DNA from: Rodentibacter caecimuris
GTDB taxonomy: Bacteria; Pseudomonadota; Gammaproteobacteria; Enterobacterales; Pasteurellaceae
DNA: 24,000 bases
NCBI RefSeq assembly: GCF_024622045.1
Contig: NZ_JANKBP010000014.1
Direction: 5' to 3' (one strand)
This document shows, piece after piece, positions 1 through 8,574 of this stretch (the first letter of the stretch is position 1; every line of letters begins with the position of its first letter). A program made the translations under genes and the position numbers. Below the pieces are notes generated by a model. That model saw only the letters and a program-made list of their open reading frames with translations. It was not told where the DNA came from and searched no databases.

Positions 1-135
1 AATTCTGCTTTACCTGTTGTGGTATTTGCAACTGCGTTGGTCGTATTCACATCGTAAGTCACATTAAAGACATCCGGATTACCTCTTTCACCTTTAGTTA
101 CTGTGACATTTGCTTTTGTGCCATTACCATCAACA
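1..135 (-). repeat. Intragenic direct repeat (third module copy, high-identity patch); partner at 2215-2349
   Basis: Hand alignment at offset 2214 bp (738 codons, in frame) gives about 4 mismatches in the first 120 bp. Identity decays to roughly 80% further on (for example 235-560 versus 1444-1770 and 2449-2775). Confidence 0.85.
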
Positions 136-3100
136 TAGTTAAGCGTATCGCCCGGGTTCACTAATGCATCTGGGACATCTTGACCGTCTTTATCTTTTGC
201 GTTTGTTTTCCAACCGCTATCGTTGATTGCACTTGCAACATCTTCTACTTTTGCAATAGTACCGTTAGTAGTATTGGATGCAACTTTACCAGTGATGCTG
301 TTTGCGCTGATATCACCCGTTTTCACACTCACTGTGCCGTTGTTAGCTTCTGTAGTTGTGTTATCGCCGTTAATGATATTGCTTACATTCGCTTTTAATC
401 GACCGTTCTCATCTAATACGATAGTTGCGTTATCGTATTTTGCTGTTACGGTAATCTTGCGAACATCGCCGCCATTCCAACCGATTACAGTAATCGCATC
501 GCCACCTACAAAGTCAACTTCATTTGCATTTTTCACGGTGTTGGTGTAGTTGTTGTCAGACGCTTTCACCACCCAACCTAAATTGGTTAAGTCACGTACT
601 GTTGCCGCTGAATTGAGAGTATTATCCGGTAAGTTAGTGAGACCCACTAACTTGTCGTTACCTTCCGTTCCCGCTAGAGTAATGTTGAATACTACATCTT
701 TCTTATCACCTGTATTGGTTGGTACATCACCCACATTCAATACTGACCCCACACCGGTAATTTGAGTCGGTTTGCCCGCCGTCGTGATATTCAACGCATT
801 TTCAGGCGCAGTCGCATTCGGATTCACATTTGCCGGCGTTGCTTTCTCCGAATTGAAATCTACTTTCGGTGCATTAGAGTCAGAAACATTACCTACCGTC
901 AACGTTGTAGCATTTGCTTGGTTCACTGTGATGTTTTCACTTAAACCGTAAGTGATATTATGACCATCTTGGTTAATCTCTAGGTTTTTACCCGCTTTAT
1001 AGGTAACTGTATCACCTGCTTTCACTGGTTTAGTATTGTGCCCGCCGCTTGTGACTTGATCATTATTTTTCACTGTTGTCACGTTAAATGACGCATTGTT
1101 CACCAAGTTCGCTACTTCACTTGCGTTTAATAACAAGTTAGGTTTCTCAACTTTCACCGTACCATTGTCATTTACCGAACCAGTTGTGGTGTTCACTTTC
1201 ACACCTTCCGGTGTTACCGCAATTGTCTCATCCGCCGGTTTGATGTCGTAGCTTACGTTTACCGTATCTTTGCCATCTTGACCTTGCATCACAGTTACAT
1301 TCGCTTTCGTACCATTACCGTTTACGTAGTTTACTTGGTCACCCGGATTGATGAGTTGGTCTGTAGGGTTGTTAACTTCATTTCCGTCTTTATCAAATAC
1401 TTTTGTTGGGGTAGTTTTCCAACCGCTGCCATTGATTGCGCCAGCAACATCTTCTACTTTCGCAATTGTACCGTTAGCAGTATTGGACTCAGCTTTACCT
1501 GTGGTGGTGTTTGCTGTGACATCACCGGTTTTCACACTTACTGTGCCGTTGTTGGCTTCTGTCGTTGTGTTATCGCCGTTAATGACATTGCTTAGATTCG
1601 CTTTTAAGTTACCGTTCTCATCTAATACGATGGTTGCGTTATCGTATTTCACGTTAAACGTGATATTCGACGTTTTACCATCTGTACCAATCACAACATC
1701 TGTCGCCGTACCGTTAGCAAAATTCACTGTATCATACGCTGCAACGAAGTCTTTCGCTTCACCATTACCTTGTAGGTTCCAGCCTGCGTTTAAAACATCT
1801 TTTACTGTTGCTGCTTCGTTACCTTTGTTAGTAATATCAGTTGGTGCAGTTTGTTCATTTTTATTGTCACTACTTGGGTTAGCTACTTTACTTGTATCCG
1901 GTAAATGGCTGGTTAAGTTCGATAATGTACCGTTTGTTAACACAGTATCACCCACAGTGACATTACCCGCTGTGATATTACCTACGTCAATATCTCTAGA
2001 TAAGCCAAACGCAATCGTTTTGCTTGTTTGGTTAACCACTAAGTTTTTACCCGCAACAAAATCAAGCGTATCACCCGCTTTTACCGTCGTTGTGCCGTTA
2101 GTCGCTTCAATTTGCTCATCTTTGTTCGTTGCATTCACTGTGTGGAATACGTTATTCACTAAGTTAGTGATTGTGGTTGCATTTAACGTATCACCACCTT
2201 TCGTTGCATCCGGTAATTCCGCTTTACCTGTTGTGGTATTTGCAACTGCGTTGGTCGTATTCACATCGTAAGTCACATTAAAGACATCCGGATTACCGTT
2301 TTCACCCTTAGTTACTGTGACATTTGCTTTTGTGCCATTACCATCGATATAGTTAATCGTATCGCCCGGGTTCACTAATACATCTGTTACATCGTTACCA
2401 TTTGAATCTTTCGCGTTCGTTTTCCAACCGCTGTGGTTGATTGCATTAGCAACATCTTCTACTTTCGCAATTGTACCGTTAGCAGTATTGGACTCAGCTT
2501 TACCTGTGGTGGTGTTTGCTGTGACATCACCGGTTTTCACACTTACTGTGCCGTTGTTGGCTTCTGTCGTTGTGTTATCGCCGTTAATGACATTGCTTAG
2601 ATTCGCTTTTAAGTTACCGTTCTCATCTAATACGATGGTTGCGTTATCGTATTTCACGTTAAACGTGATATTCGACGTTTTACCATCTGTACCAATCACA
2701 ATATCTGTCGCCGTACCGTTAGCAAAATTCACTGTATCATACGCTGCAACGAAGTCTTTCGCTTCACCATTACCTTGTAGGTTCCAGCCTGCGTTTAAAA
2801 CATCTTTTACTGTTGCTGCTTCGTTACCTTTGTTAGTAATATCAGTTGGTGCAGTTTGTTCATTTTTATTGTCACTACTTGGGTTAGCTACTTTACTTGT
2901 ATCCGGTAAATGGCTGGTTAAGTTAGATAATGTATTTGAATCCAATGAACTAATTGTAATTGAACCATCGCTGTTAGTCGTAAGGTTAATATTATTACCG
3001 GCTGTATAAACCGGGCTTGAAATATTTACTAACGTTTTATTATCAGCTGTCTTGCTCACATTAACTGTGGTTGCACCACTACCTATAAAATCAACACGAT

Positions 3101-4757
3101 CCCCAAAGCGAACATTATTTACACCATTGCCCGAGTGATCTGTTTGATCACCTATCGTCCAGCTCCCTGTTGCCAAAACGTGATATAACTGGCTACCGTT
3201 AATAGCATCAGTTGAATTTTCAGTAATACGACCCGCAGCAACATTTTGAACTTGTCGTTCTCCCCCATTCTTACCCACAGAGACGACATAGTTAGTATCA
3301 TTATTCACACCTGCAAAGCCACTGTAATTTATCCCATTTACACTGGCACTATTTGTTGGTGTCGCTGCGGACGTTATTGCATCAGCACCAAGTGCTACAG
3401 AGTCAGCCAAGGTAGCATTTGCACGAGCCCCTAGAGCTGTAGCATTTGCTGCTCCTGATATAGTAGCTCCCACACCAAGAGCGGTTCCGTCTTTACTGTT
3501 TTCTACTTTCGAATTACGACCACCAGAAAATCCACCTTCACTATTTAGAACGTTTGCACCAGGTCCAACCGCTGTCGCTGAAACGGAGCCATTAACTACA
3601 GCAAATGTACCTAAAGCCACACCGGATCGACTGCTATCTACCTTAGCATTACGTCCTAAAGCTGTTGCCTGTTGTGAACCTAAAATATTCGTATATGGAC
3701 CAACTGTGACACCGAATTCGCTATTATCTACATTAGCATTACGTCCCACTGCAACAGAATTGTTACTAACATTTGCTTTTGCATATGTACCAACGACCGT
3801 AGAAGCAACACTATCTAAAGCTTTGGCATTACGTCCCACTGCAATCGCCTGTTCTGAGCGATTTATTTCAGACCAAGGACCTACATTAGTAGCAAGTTGA
3901 GAATTATCAACTTTCCCATGAGGACCAATATTTATTGCACCATAACTCTGATTAGTAATCGTATTTGTACCAACACTTGAACTATAACCACTATTTGTTA
4001 CATTTACACCATAAGATCCTATGGCACTTGCATAATCACTGTTAGTTACATTACCGCGATTCCCCACCAAAATACCACGAGCACTCGCATTTACATTACT
4101 ACGCGAACCGACCTGAACACCTTGCTCTGATTTCGTCACATTAGATTGAGAACCAATAACATAACCTTCTAAACTTGCATTATCAACTTTTGAGAAACGC
4201 CCTAATGCAACAGATTGCATTGAGCCAGCTTCTGAACTTTGACCTATCGAGATACTATAACGCCCAGTTGGTCTCGCAACCCACTCGCCACTATACTCAA
4301 GTCTGGTTACCTCTGTGTTATAGCTTTTTGATAACGATCCTCCTATAGGGACATAGTCTAATAATGCACCGGTTTTACTATCGTAAATATAGAGCGGCTT
4401 AGTTGCATTAGTTACATTAACCTCTTTATCCTTACCCTCACCAATGAACTTTACTTGCCCTGGTGCAATCCCTATTGAATATTCCCCCATCGGGTTACCA
4501 AATGGATCGGTTTGCACCACGATTTCCGGTGCTTTTGTGCCTGCTGAGTTAGACCCCCATATCACAGCATCACCAGATATTGCAGCCTGAGCCGTACTCC
4601 CTAATAACGTTGCACCTGCTGTTGTCAAAGAAATAGCTAAAAGGGAAATTTTTTTTCCGGAAGAGGATTTTGATTTTCCCTTAGCCTTGCTTAATTCAGA
4701 CACTGCTACCCAAGATTGCGTAGCGTGATTCCAAATGACTCGGAAAATTTTATTCAT
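1..4757 (-). CDS. Trimeric autotransporter adhesin (YadA/Hia/Hsf-like); N-terminal 1585 codons only, C-terminal anchor lies beyond the window start
   Basis: My translation of the minus strand from the ATG at 4757 (AGGTGA RBS about 7 nt upstream) stays open to position 1. It has no in-window stop, which explains its absence from the ORF track. The N-terminus is MNKIFRVIWNHATQSWVAVSELSK. YadA-like head repeats include SVALGRFSKVDNAS, AVGRNAKALDSVAS and ALGRNAKVDSSRSG. The neck reads VVSVGKNGGERQVQNVAAGRITENSTDAINGSQLY. Repeated stalk motifs follow: ATVKDVLNAGWNLQG, VEDVANAINHSGWKT, ATVRDLTNLGWVVKA. Confidence 0.9.
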   Translation of the reverse strand, partial: MNKIFRVIWNHATQSWVAVSELSKAKGKSKSSSGKKISLLAISLTTAGATLLGSTAQAAISGDAVIWGSNSAGTKAPEIVVQTDPFGNPMGEYSIGIAPGQVKFIGEGKDKEVNVTNATKPLYIYDSKTGALLDYVPIGGSLSKSYNTEVTRLEYSGEWVARPTGRYSISIGQSSEAGSMQSVALGRFSKVDNASLEGYVIGSQSNVTKSEQGVQVGSRSNVNASARGILVGNRGNVTNSDYASAIGSYGVNVTNSGYSSSVGTNTITNQSYGAINIGPHGKVDNSQLATNVGPWSEINRSEQAIAVGRNAKALDSVASTVVGTYAKANVSNNSVAVGRNANVDNSEFGVTVGPYTNILGSQQATALGRNAKVDSSRSGVALGTFAVVNGSVSATAVGPGANVLNSEGGFSGGRNSKVENSKDGTALGVGATISGAANATALGARANATLADSVALGADAITSAATPTNSASVNGINYSGFAGVNNDTNYVVSVGKNGGERQVQNVAAGRITENSTDAINGSQLYHVLATGSWTIGDQTDHSGNGVNNVRFGDRVDFIGSGATTVNVSKTADNKTLVNISSPVYTAGNNINLTTNSDGSITISSLDSNTLSNLTSHLPDTSKVANPSSDNKNEQTAPTDITNKGNEAATVKDVLNAGWNLQGNGEAKDFVAAYDTVNFANGTATDIVIGTDGKTSNITFNVKYDNATIVLDENGNLKANLSNVINGDNTTTEANNGTVSVKTGDVTANTTTGKAESNTANGTIAKVEDVANAINHSGWKTNAKDSNGNDVTDVLVNPGDTINYIDGNGTKANVTVTKGENGNPDVFNVTYDVNTTNAVANTTTGKAELPDATKGGDTLNATTITNLVNNVFHTVNATNKDEQIEATNGTTTVKAGDTLDFVAGKNLVVNQTSKTIAFGLSRDIDVGNITAGNVTVGDTVLTNGTLSNLTSHLPDTSKVANPSSDNKNEQTAPTDITNKGNEAATVKDVLNAGWNLQGNGEAKDFVAAYDTVNFANGTATDVVIGTDGKTSNITFNVKYDNATIVLDENGNLKANLSNVINGDNTTTEANNGTVSVKTGDVTANTTTGKAESNTANGTIAKVEDVAGAINGSGWKTTPTKVFDKDGNEVNNPTDQLINPGDQVNYVNGNGTKANVTVMQGQDGKDTVNVSYDIKPADETIAVTPEGVKVNTTTGSVNDNGTVKVEKPNLLLNASEVANLVNNASFNVTTVKNNDQVTSGGHNTKPVKAGDTVTYKAGKNLEINQDGHNITYGLSENITVNQANATTLTVGNVSDSNAPKVDFNSEKATPANVNPNATAPENALNITTAGKPTQITGVGSVLNVGDVPTNTGDKKDVVFNITLAGTEGNDKLVGLTNLPDNTLNSAATVRDLTNLGWVVKASDNNYTNTVKNANEVDFVGGDAITVIGWNGGDVRKITVTAKYDNATIVLDENGRLKANVSNIINGDNTTTEANNGTVSVKTGDISANSITGKVASNTTNGTIAKVEDVASAINDSGWKTNAKDKDGQDVPDALVNPGDTLNYVDGNGTKANVTVTKGERGNPDVFNVTYDVNTTNAVANTTTGKAE
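1443..1929 (-). repeat. Intragenic direct repeat, copy A (487 bp) of the adhesin stalk module
   Basis: Identical to 2448-2934 except 2 mismatches (1697/2702 and 1920/2925). The offset is 1005 bp = 335 codons, so it is in frame. The shadow ORFs 1348-2271 and 2437-3009 in the ORF track give near-identical translations, which corroborates this. Confidence 0.97.
2215..2349 (-). repeat. Intragenic direct repeat; partner of 1-135
   Basis: aattccgctttacctgttgtggtatttgcaactgcgttggtcgtattcacatcgtaagtcacattaaagacatccggattacc... is nearly identical to the window start. Confidence 0.85.
2448..2934 (-). repeat. Intragenic direct repeat, copy B (487 bp) of the adhesin stalk module
   Basis: See copy A. 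It encodes LSNLTSHLPDTSKVANPSSDNKNEQTAPTDITNKGNEAATVKDVLNAGWNLQGNGEAKDFVAAYDTVNFANGTATD(I/V)VIGTDGKTSNITFNVKYDNATIVLDENGNLKANLSNVINGDNTTTEANNGTVSVKTGDVTANTTTGKAESNTANGTIAKVEDVA. Confidence 0.97.
3183..3287 (-). other. TAA neck connector
   Basis: VVSVGKNGGERQVQNVAAGRITENSTDAINGSQLY matches the conserved YadA/Hia neck motif (SVG..G.ERQI.NVAAG....STDAVNGSQL). Confidence 0.85.
3400..4255 (-). other. YadA-like head domain (left-handed beta-roll, Hep_Hag-type repeats) of the adhesin
   Basis: The translation shows about 14-residue repeats of the form xxAxGxxAxVxxxxS, for example ISIGQSSEAGSMQSVALGRFSKV, VGSRSNVNASARGILVGNRGNV and AIAVGRNAKALDSVASTVVGTYAKANVSNNSVAVGRNANV. Boundaries are approximate. 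Confidence 0.75.
4584..4757 (-). other. Extended signal peptide region (ESPR) plus signal peptide of the adhesin; predicted cleavage after AQA (residue 58)
   Basis: MNKIFRVIWNHATQSWVAVSELSKAKGKSKSSSGKKISLLAISLTTAGATLLGSTAQA-A. The MNKIFxxIWN...WVAVSEL pattern is the ESPR seen in type V autotransporters such as Hia/Hsf. Confidence 0.8.
4649..4656 (-). repeat. A8 homopolymer (T8 on the plus strand) inside adhesin codons G34-K35-K36-I37
   Basis: The coding strand reads TCC GGA AAA AAA ATT TCC. This is the longest homopolymer I noticed in the 5' part of the gene. Confidence 0.9.
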
Positions 4758-4782
4758 AAATGTTCACCTATTTTAATTTAAT

Positions 4783-4788
4783 ATTGTA
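4783..4788 (-). promoter_or_regulatory. Possible -10 hexamer (TACAAT) for the adhesin gene
   Basis: The minus strand reads ...aaaaatTACAATattaaattaaaatAGGTGAacatttATG. No good -35 lies at 17 nt (TACTTT/TTACTT), so the call is weak. Confidence 0.2.
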
Positions 4789-5300
4789 ATTTTTCTTTAC
4801 TTTGGAAAGTAATTTATATGTGACTTTCTCACGTTGTGGCGTATTATCGTAAGGAATTCCGACTTTGGGTGTTGTCGTAAAGGCAGCATCTGACACTGAC
4901 TTAAAGTTAATGATATTTTTCACTCAACTTTCCATTGTATAGTAATTCGGTTGATTTTTAGAGGCTCTCACTAAAGACTCTCAAGAAACTTGGGAACACC
5001 ATATCTGTTCACGACCTCCTTAGATAAGCTACCACACATTTTTTCATGCTGTTACTTGCTTTGTCAGTCTTAAGCTAAACTCACAAATGCAGTGAGAATA
5101 AAAATCATTGGTGCAAGAAAATACACCCGTTGAAGGTATTACTCCTAAAAGTGTCAATAAAATGTGTTTTTCATCAGGCACTCCTTTTGATTTTGGCACC
5201 AATAACAAATATAATACAAAACAGGATTGACATAATGTAGCCACTACAATAGCTATTGCCTACACTGTCAGTGGGTATTTCTTCAACGCAAATAAAGAAA

Positions 5301-5696
5301 ATGAGTGTAAACGAAAAGATTCGGAAAATCCGAGAAGCAAGGGGATGGTCTCAAGAGCAAATGGCGGAAAAACTGAATATGTCGCTAAATGGTTATGCGA
5401 AAATTGAGCGTGGAGAGAGTAAAATCTATTTGTATAAGCTTGAACAAATCGCCCATGTGTTTGATATCGATGTAGTAGAGCTGATGCAGTCTGATGGTAA
5501 AAATATTTGTTTTCAGATAAACGAAAATTCATATTTGAGTACGAATTATTACGGTGATAATGAAGCTTTAATGATTGAGAATGAGAGGCTAAAGTTATCG
5601 TTATCGTACAATCAACAGCTATTAGAGCAGAAGGATAATGAGATCCAACTTCTTAAAGAGATGGTTTCTCTATTAAAACAAGATAAACAATCATAA
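5301..5696 (+). CDS. XRE-family helix-turn-helix transcriptional regulator with a C-terminal coiled-coil-like tail
   Basis: MSVNEKIRKIREARGWSQEQMAEKLNMSLNGYAKIERGESKIYLYKLEQIAHVFDIDVVELM is a typical HTH_3/XRE domain. The tail NERLKLSLSYNQQLLEQKDNEIQLLKEMVSLLKQ is heptad-like. The ORF-track start at 5256 is a TTG; the ATG at 5301 gives the canonical N-terminus. No clear SD precedes either start. Confidence 0.75.
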   Translation: MSVNEKIRKIREARGWSQEQMAEKLNMSLNGYAKIERGESKIYLYKLEQIAHVFDIDVVELMQSDGKNICFQINENSYLSTNYYGDNEALMIENERLKLSLSYNQQLLEQKDNEIQLLKEMVSLLKQDKQS

Positions 5697-6271
5697 TTTG
5701 ATCTTCTACAGATAAATTGATTAAAGCAGTCTTTAAGAGTGTTATTAGAATAAAATATGAGTGTTTTCTTTATTTTGTTTAGATTGAATTTGATGTTCAT
5801 ATTCTAAATGGAAAGCACTCACTGTTGTTATAACTTGTCATCTCTAGTTTGTCTTCTGCCTATCATTCCTACTCGGGCCGTTTTAAATGCCGCTTCGATG
5901 TATCAGATATTCCCCTTTTCTTAATCTTGTAATGCAGATTTTTCTTTTTATTCAATTATTCCTTGATTATATAGTTTACGAAAACGATAGAACTTCCTTA
6001 AACAGCTCTAATATTTTCGAAATAAGGTAGGTTTCGACATACATAATAAAATTTTCTACTAAATAGTTAATTCAATGGAGATTGTAGCGTTTCCAAGTTA
6101 TTAGACCTTTGTGCAACTACTACATAATAACGTGGAAGTGTCAAAATACGATAAAAAATGACCGCACTCTTATTTTGATATAGACATTCCCAATTATACT
6201 AATTTATAGCTTTATTTACGAAATTTCGGCAGAATGTAGCAAATTTTTATATTCGGAAAAAGGATGAAACG

Positions 6272-7645
6272 ATGACTAAACATTATGACTATATTGCTAT
6301 TGGTGGTGGCAGTGGCGGTATTGCTTCAATTAATCGTGCGGCGAGCTATGGTAAAAAATGTGCGATTATTGAAGCAAAATATTTAGGCGGAACCTGTGTA
6401 AATGTAGGCTGCGTGCCGAAGAAAGTGATGTTTTATGGCGCACAGATCGCAGAAGCCATTAACCATTATGCACCGGATTATGGTTTTGATGTGAATGTGA
6501 AAAAATTTGATTTCGAGAAACTTATTGAAAGCCGCCAAGCCTATATCGGTCGTATTCACACTTCTTACAATAATGTGTTAGCTAAAAATAACGTTGATGT
6601 GATTAACGGATTCGGTAAGTTTGTTGATGCGCATACCATTGAAGTAACCCTTGCAGATGGTTCAACCGAGCGTGTAACGGCGGATCATATCTTAATTGCA
6701 ACAGGGGGCAGACCGTTCCGCCCTCATTCGGTAAAAGGGCAAGAATATGGTATTGATTCGGACGGTTTCTTTGCATTAAAGGCATTACCGAAACGCGTGG
6801 CAATTATTGGGGCTGGCTATATTGCCGTGGAGATTGCCGGAGTATTGAATAGTCTTGGCTCGGAAACTCATTTGGTGGTACGTCGTCATGCCCCAATGCG
6901 TAATCAAGATCCGTTAATTGTAGAAACCTTACTTGAGGTGTTGGAACAGGATGGTATCGCGTTGCATAAACATACAACGGTTCAGGAAATCATTAAAAAT
7001 GCAGATGATTCTCTCACGGTAAAATTTGATCATGAACGGAGCCTAACGGTAGATTGTGTTATTTGGGCGGCAGGTCGTGAACCGGCAACGGATAAAATCG
7101 GTTTAGAGCATGCCGGTGTAGAAACGAACGAACGTGGTTATGTTAAAGTCGATAAATATCAAAATACCAATGTGAAAGGCATTTATGCGGTAGGCGATAT
7201 CATTGAGGGCGGCATTGAATTAACGCCGGTGGCGGTGGCGGCAGGTCGCCGTTTATCCGAGCGTTTATTCAATAACAAACCTAACGAGCACTTGGATTAT
7301 AATCTTGTGCCGACCGTGGTATTTAGTCATCCGCCGATTGGCACGATTGGCTTAACCGAACCGCAAGCCATTGAACAATATGGCGAAGGAAATGTAAAAG
7401 TATATAAATCTTCCTTTACGGCGATGTACACTGCGGTTACTCAGCATCGCCAACCTTGTCGAATGAAATTAGTCTGCGTGGGCAAAGATGAAAAAATAGT
7501 TGGCTTGCACGGAATCGGCTATGGTGTGGATGAAATGATTCAAGGTTTTGCGGTCGCAATCAAAATGGGTGCAACAAAAGCAGATTTTGATAATACGGTG
7601 GCGATTCATCCGACCGGTTCGGAAGAATTTGTTACAATGCGTTAA
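6272..7645 (+). CDS. gor: Glutathione-disulfide reductase
   Basis: [24 protein letters not shown] and the redox-active [13 protein letters not shown] motif are collinear with E. coli Gor. An AAGGA RBS sits 7 nt upstream and a terminator follows. Confidence 0.97.
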   Translation: MTKHYDYIAIGGGSGGIASINRAASYGKKCAIIEAKYLGGTCVNVGCVPKKVMFYGAQIAEAINHYAPDYGFDVNVKKFDFEKLIESRQAYIGRIHTSYNNVLAKNNVDVINGFGKFVDAHTIEVTLADGSTERVTADHILIATGGRPFRPHSVKGQEYGIDSDGFFALKALPKRVAIIGAGYIAVEIAGVLNSLGSETHLVVRRHAPMRNQDPLIVETLLEVLEQDGIALHKHTTVQEIIKNADDSLTVKFDHERSLTVDCVIWAAGREPATDKIGLEHAGVETNERGYVKVDKYQNTNVKGIYAVGDIIEGGIELTPVAVAAGRRLSERLFNNKPNEHLDYNLVPTVVFSHPPIGTIGLTEPQAIEQYGEGNVKVYKSSFTAMYTAVTQHRQPCRMKLVCVGKDEKIVGLHGIGYGVDEMIQGFAVAIKMGATKADFDNTVAIHPTGSEEFVTMR

Positions 7646-7663
7646 TTTTTTCGAGAATAATAA

Positions 7664-7700
7664 AAAAGTGCGGTTAATTTTAACCGCACTTTTGTTTGTT
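7664..7700. terminator. Bidirectional intrinsic terminator formed by an inverted USS pair (gor / yafJ convergent)
   Basis: The sequence is aaaagtgcggt-taatttta-accgcactttt. USS cores lie at 7666-7674 (+) and 7683-7691 (-). T-runs are present on both strands. Confidence 0.85.
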
Positions 7701-7735
7701 GATGAATGAAACCTATTGGTGTAAATCCAACGGAA

Positions 7736-8545
7736 TCATAGTGTGCCGTCATCTACCGCTTCTTTCTCTACGCCGATAATTTCTGCCACTTTATCCCCAT
7801 CTTTGAACAAGACGAAACCGCCGTTTTCCATTTTTGTCCAAGATTCATCCTTTGTGAGCGGGAAGGTGGTGATAATAGTGACTTTATCACCGGCTTTGGC
7901 ATAATCGTTAAAATCAATAACACCATCATCATCAATACGACAGGCTTTACCGAAAGGTGCTTTTCGCGTGAGGTAATGCAAATTGGTTGCGCAGTGGGCG
8001 AGCATCCATTCACCGTTAGAGAGGATAAAATTGAATGTGCCGTGTGTTGCCAGTTTTTTGGTAATATCTTGAATCGCCTCAAAAATTTGCATATCCGTCG
8101 GTTTTTTACGAAAGCGATTTTTTAAATATTCAGCCATGTAACAAAACGCGGCTTCAGAATCGGTTGAACCTATCGGTTGGCAGAAACTCTCGGACATATC
8201 CGGTAGATCTTTTAAATTACCATTATGGGCAAACACCCAATTTTCCCCCCAAATTTCGCGAATAAAAGGATGGGTATTTTCAATATTTATCTCGCCCTGT
8301 GTGGCTTTACGAATGTGTGCAATCACATTGAGTGATTTTATTTGATATTGTTTTACACAATCGGCGATTGGGGAATGGGAGGCGGGACGATTATCTCGAA
8401 AAATCCGTACTCCTCGCCCTTCAAAAAAAGCGATACCGAAACCGTCGGAATGACATCCTGTTAAGCCTGCACGACGACGAAAACCTTCAAAAGAAAACAC
8501 GATATCTGTTGGCGTGTTACAGTTCATGCCAAGTAATTGACACAT
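7736..8545 (-). CDS. yafJ: Class II (Ntn) glutamine amidotransferase, YafJ-like
   Basis: It starts MCQLLGM (N-terminal Cys nucleophile). It is collinear with E. coli YafJ (MCELLGM..., AHIRxA..G...ENTHPF, AHNG). Confidence 0.85.
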   Translation of the reverse strand: MCQLLGMNCNTPTDIVFSFEGFRRRAGLTGCHSDGFGIAFFEGRGVRIFRDNRPASHSPIADCVKQYQIKSLNVIAHIRKATQGEINIENTHPFIREIWGENWVFAHNGNLKDLPDMSESFCQPIGSTDSEAAFCYMAEYLKNRFRKKPTDMQIFEAIQDITKKLATHGTFNFILSNGEWMLAHCATNLHYLTRKAPFGKACRIDDDGVIDFNDYAKAGDKVTIITTFPLTKDESWTKMENGGFVLFKDGDKVAEIIGVEKEAVDDGTL

Positions 8546-8574
8546 AAAACCCTTCTAAAAATGACTAAATGAAT

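Noticed and set aside
180-3900. Nine plus-strand ORFs (60-307 aa) in the ORF track, two of them with long identical translations.
   Set aside because: They are antisense shadow ORFs of the minus-strand adhesin gene. Their translations are low-complexity V/L/F/S/T strings, as expected from reverse-complementing T/N/G/A/V-rich codons. They have no RBS, and their repeats merely mirror the sense-strand repeats. The minus frame from 4757 is open throughout and has clear domain motifs.
4958-5021. A perfect AAGGAGG followed after 12 nt by a 14-codon ORF (MVFPSFLRVFSESL) upstream of the adhesin; possible leader peptide.
   Set aside because: The spacing is longer than optimal, the peptide has no features, and I cannot test conservation. 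This is too weak to call.
5044-5244. A 66-aa minus-strand ORF in the adhesin upstream region.
   Set aside because: It has no recognisable motif and odd Cys/Phe-rich composition. The AAAGGAG nearby is mis-spaced for its in-frame GTG, and the ATG it does serve encodes only 6 codons. It is probably a chance ORF in AT-rich DNA.
5227-5251. TTGACA (5227-5232) and TACAAT (5246-5251) upstream of the XRE gene, considered as a promoter.
   Set aside because: The spacer is about 13 nt, too short for a sigma70 promoter. The hexamer at the proper 17-nt spacing (TAGCTA) is poor.
5301-5696. The XRE gene as the antitoxin of a toxin-antitoxin pair or as a phage repressor remnant.
   Set aside because: There is no adjacent small partner ORF on either side and no integrase or phage genes in the window. 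The idea is retained only as part of the AT-rich island finding.
5757-6030. Small ORFs in the XRE-gor spacer: a 16-aa hydrophobic peptide MSVFFILFRLNLMFIF (5757-5807) and a 47-aa ORF (5887-6030). I considered them as a type I toxin or small protein.
   Set aside because: Neither has a Shine-Dalgarno sequence or a convincing promoter. AT-rich sequence readily yields F/I/L-rich peptides by chance.
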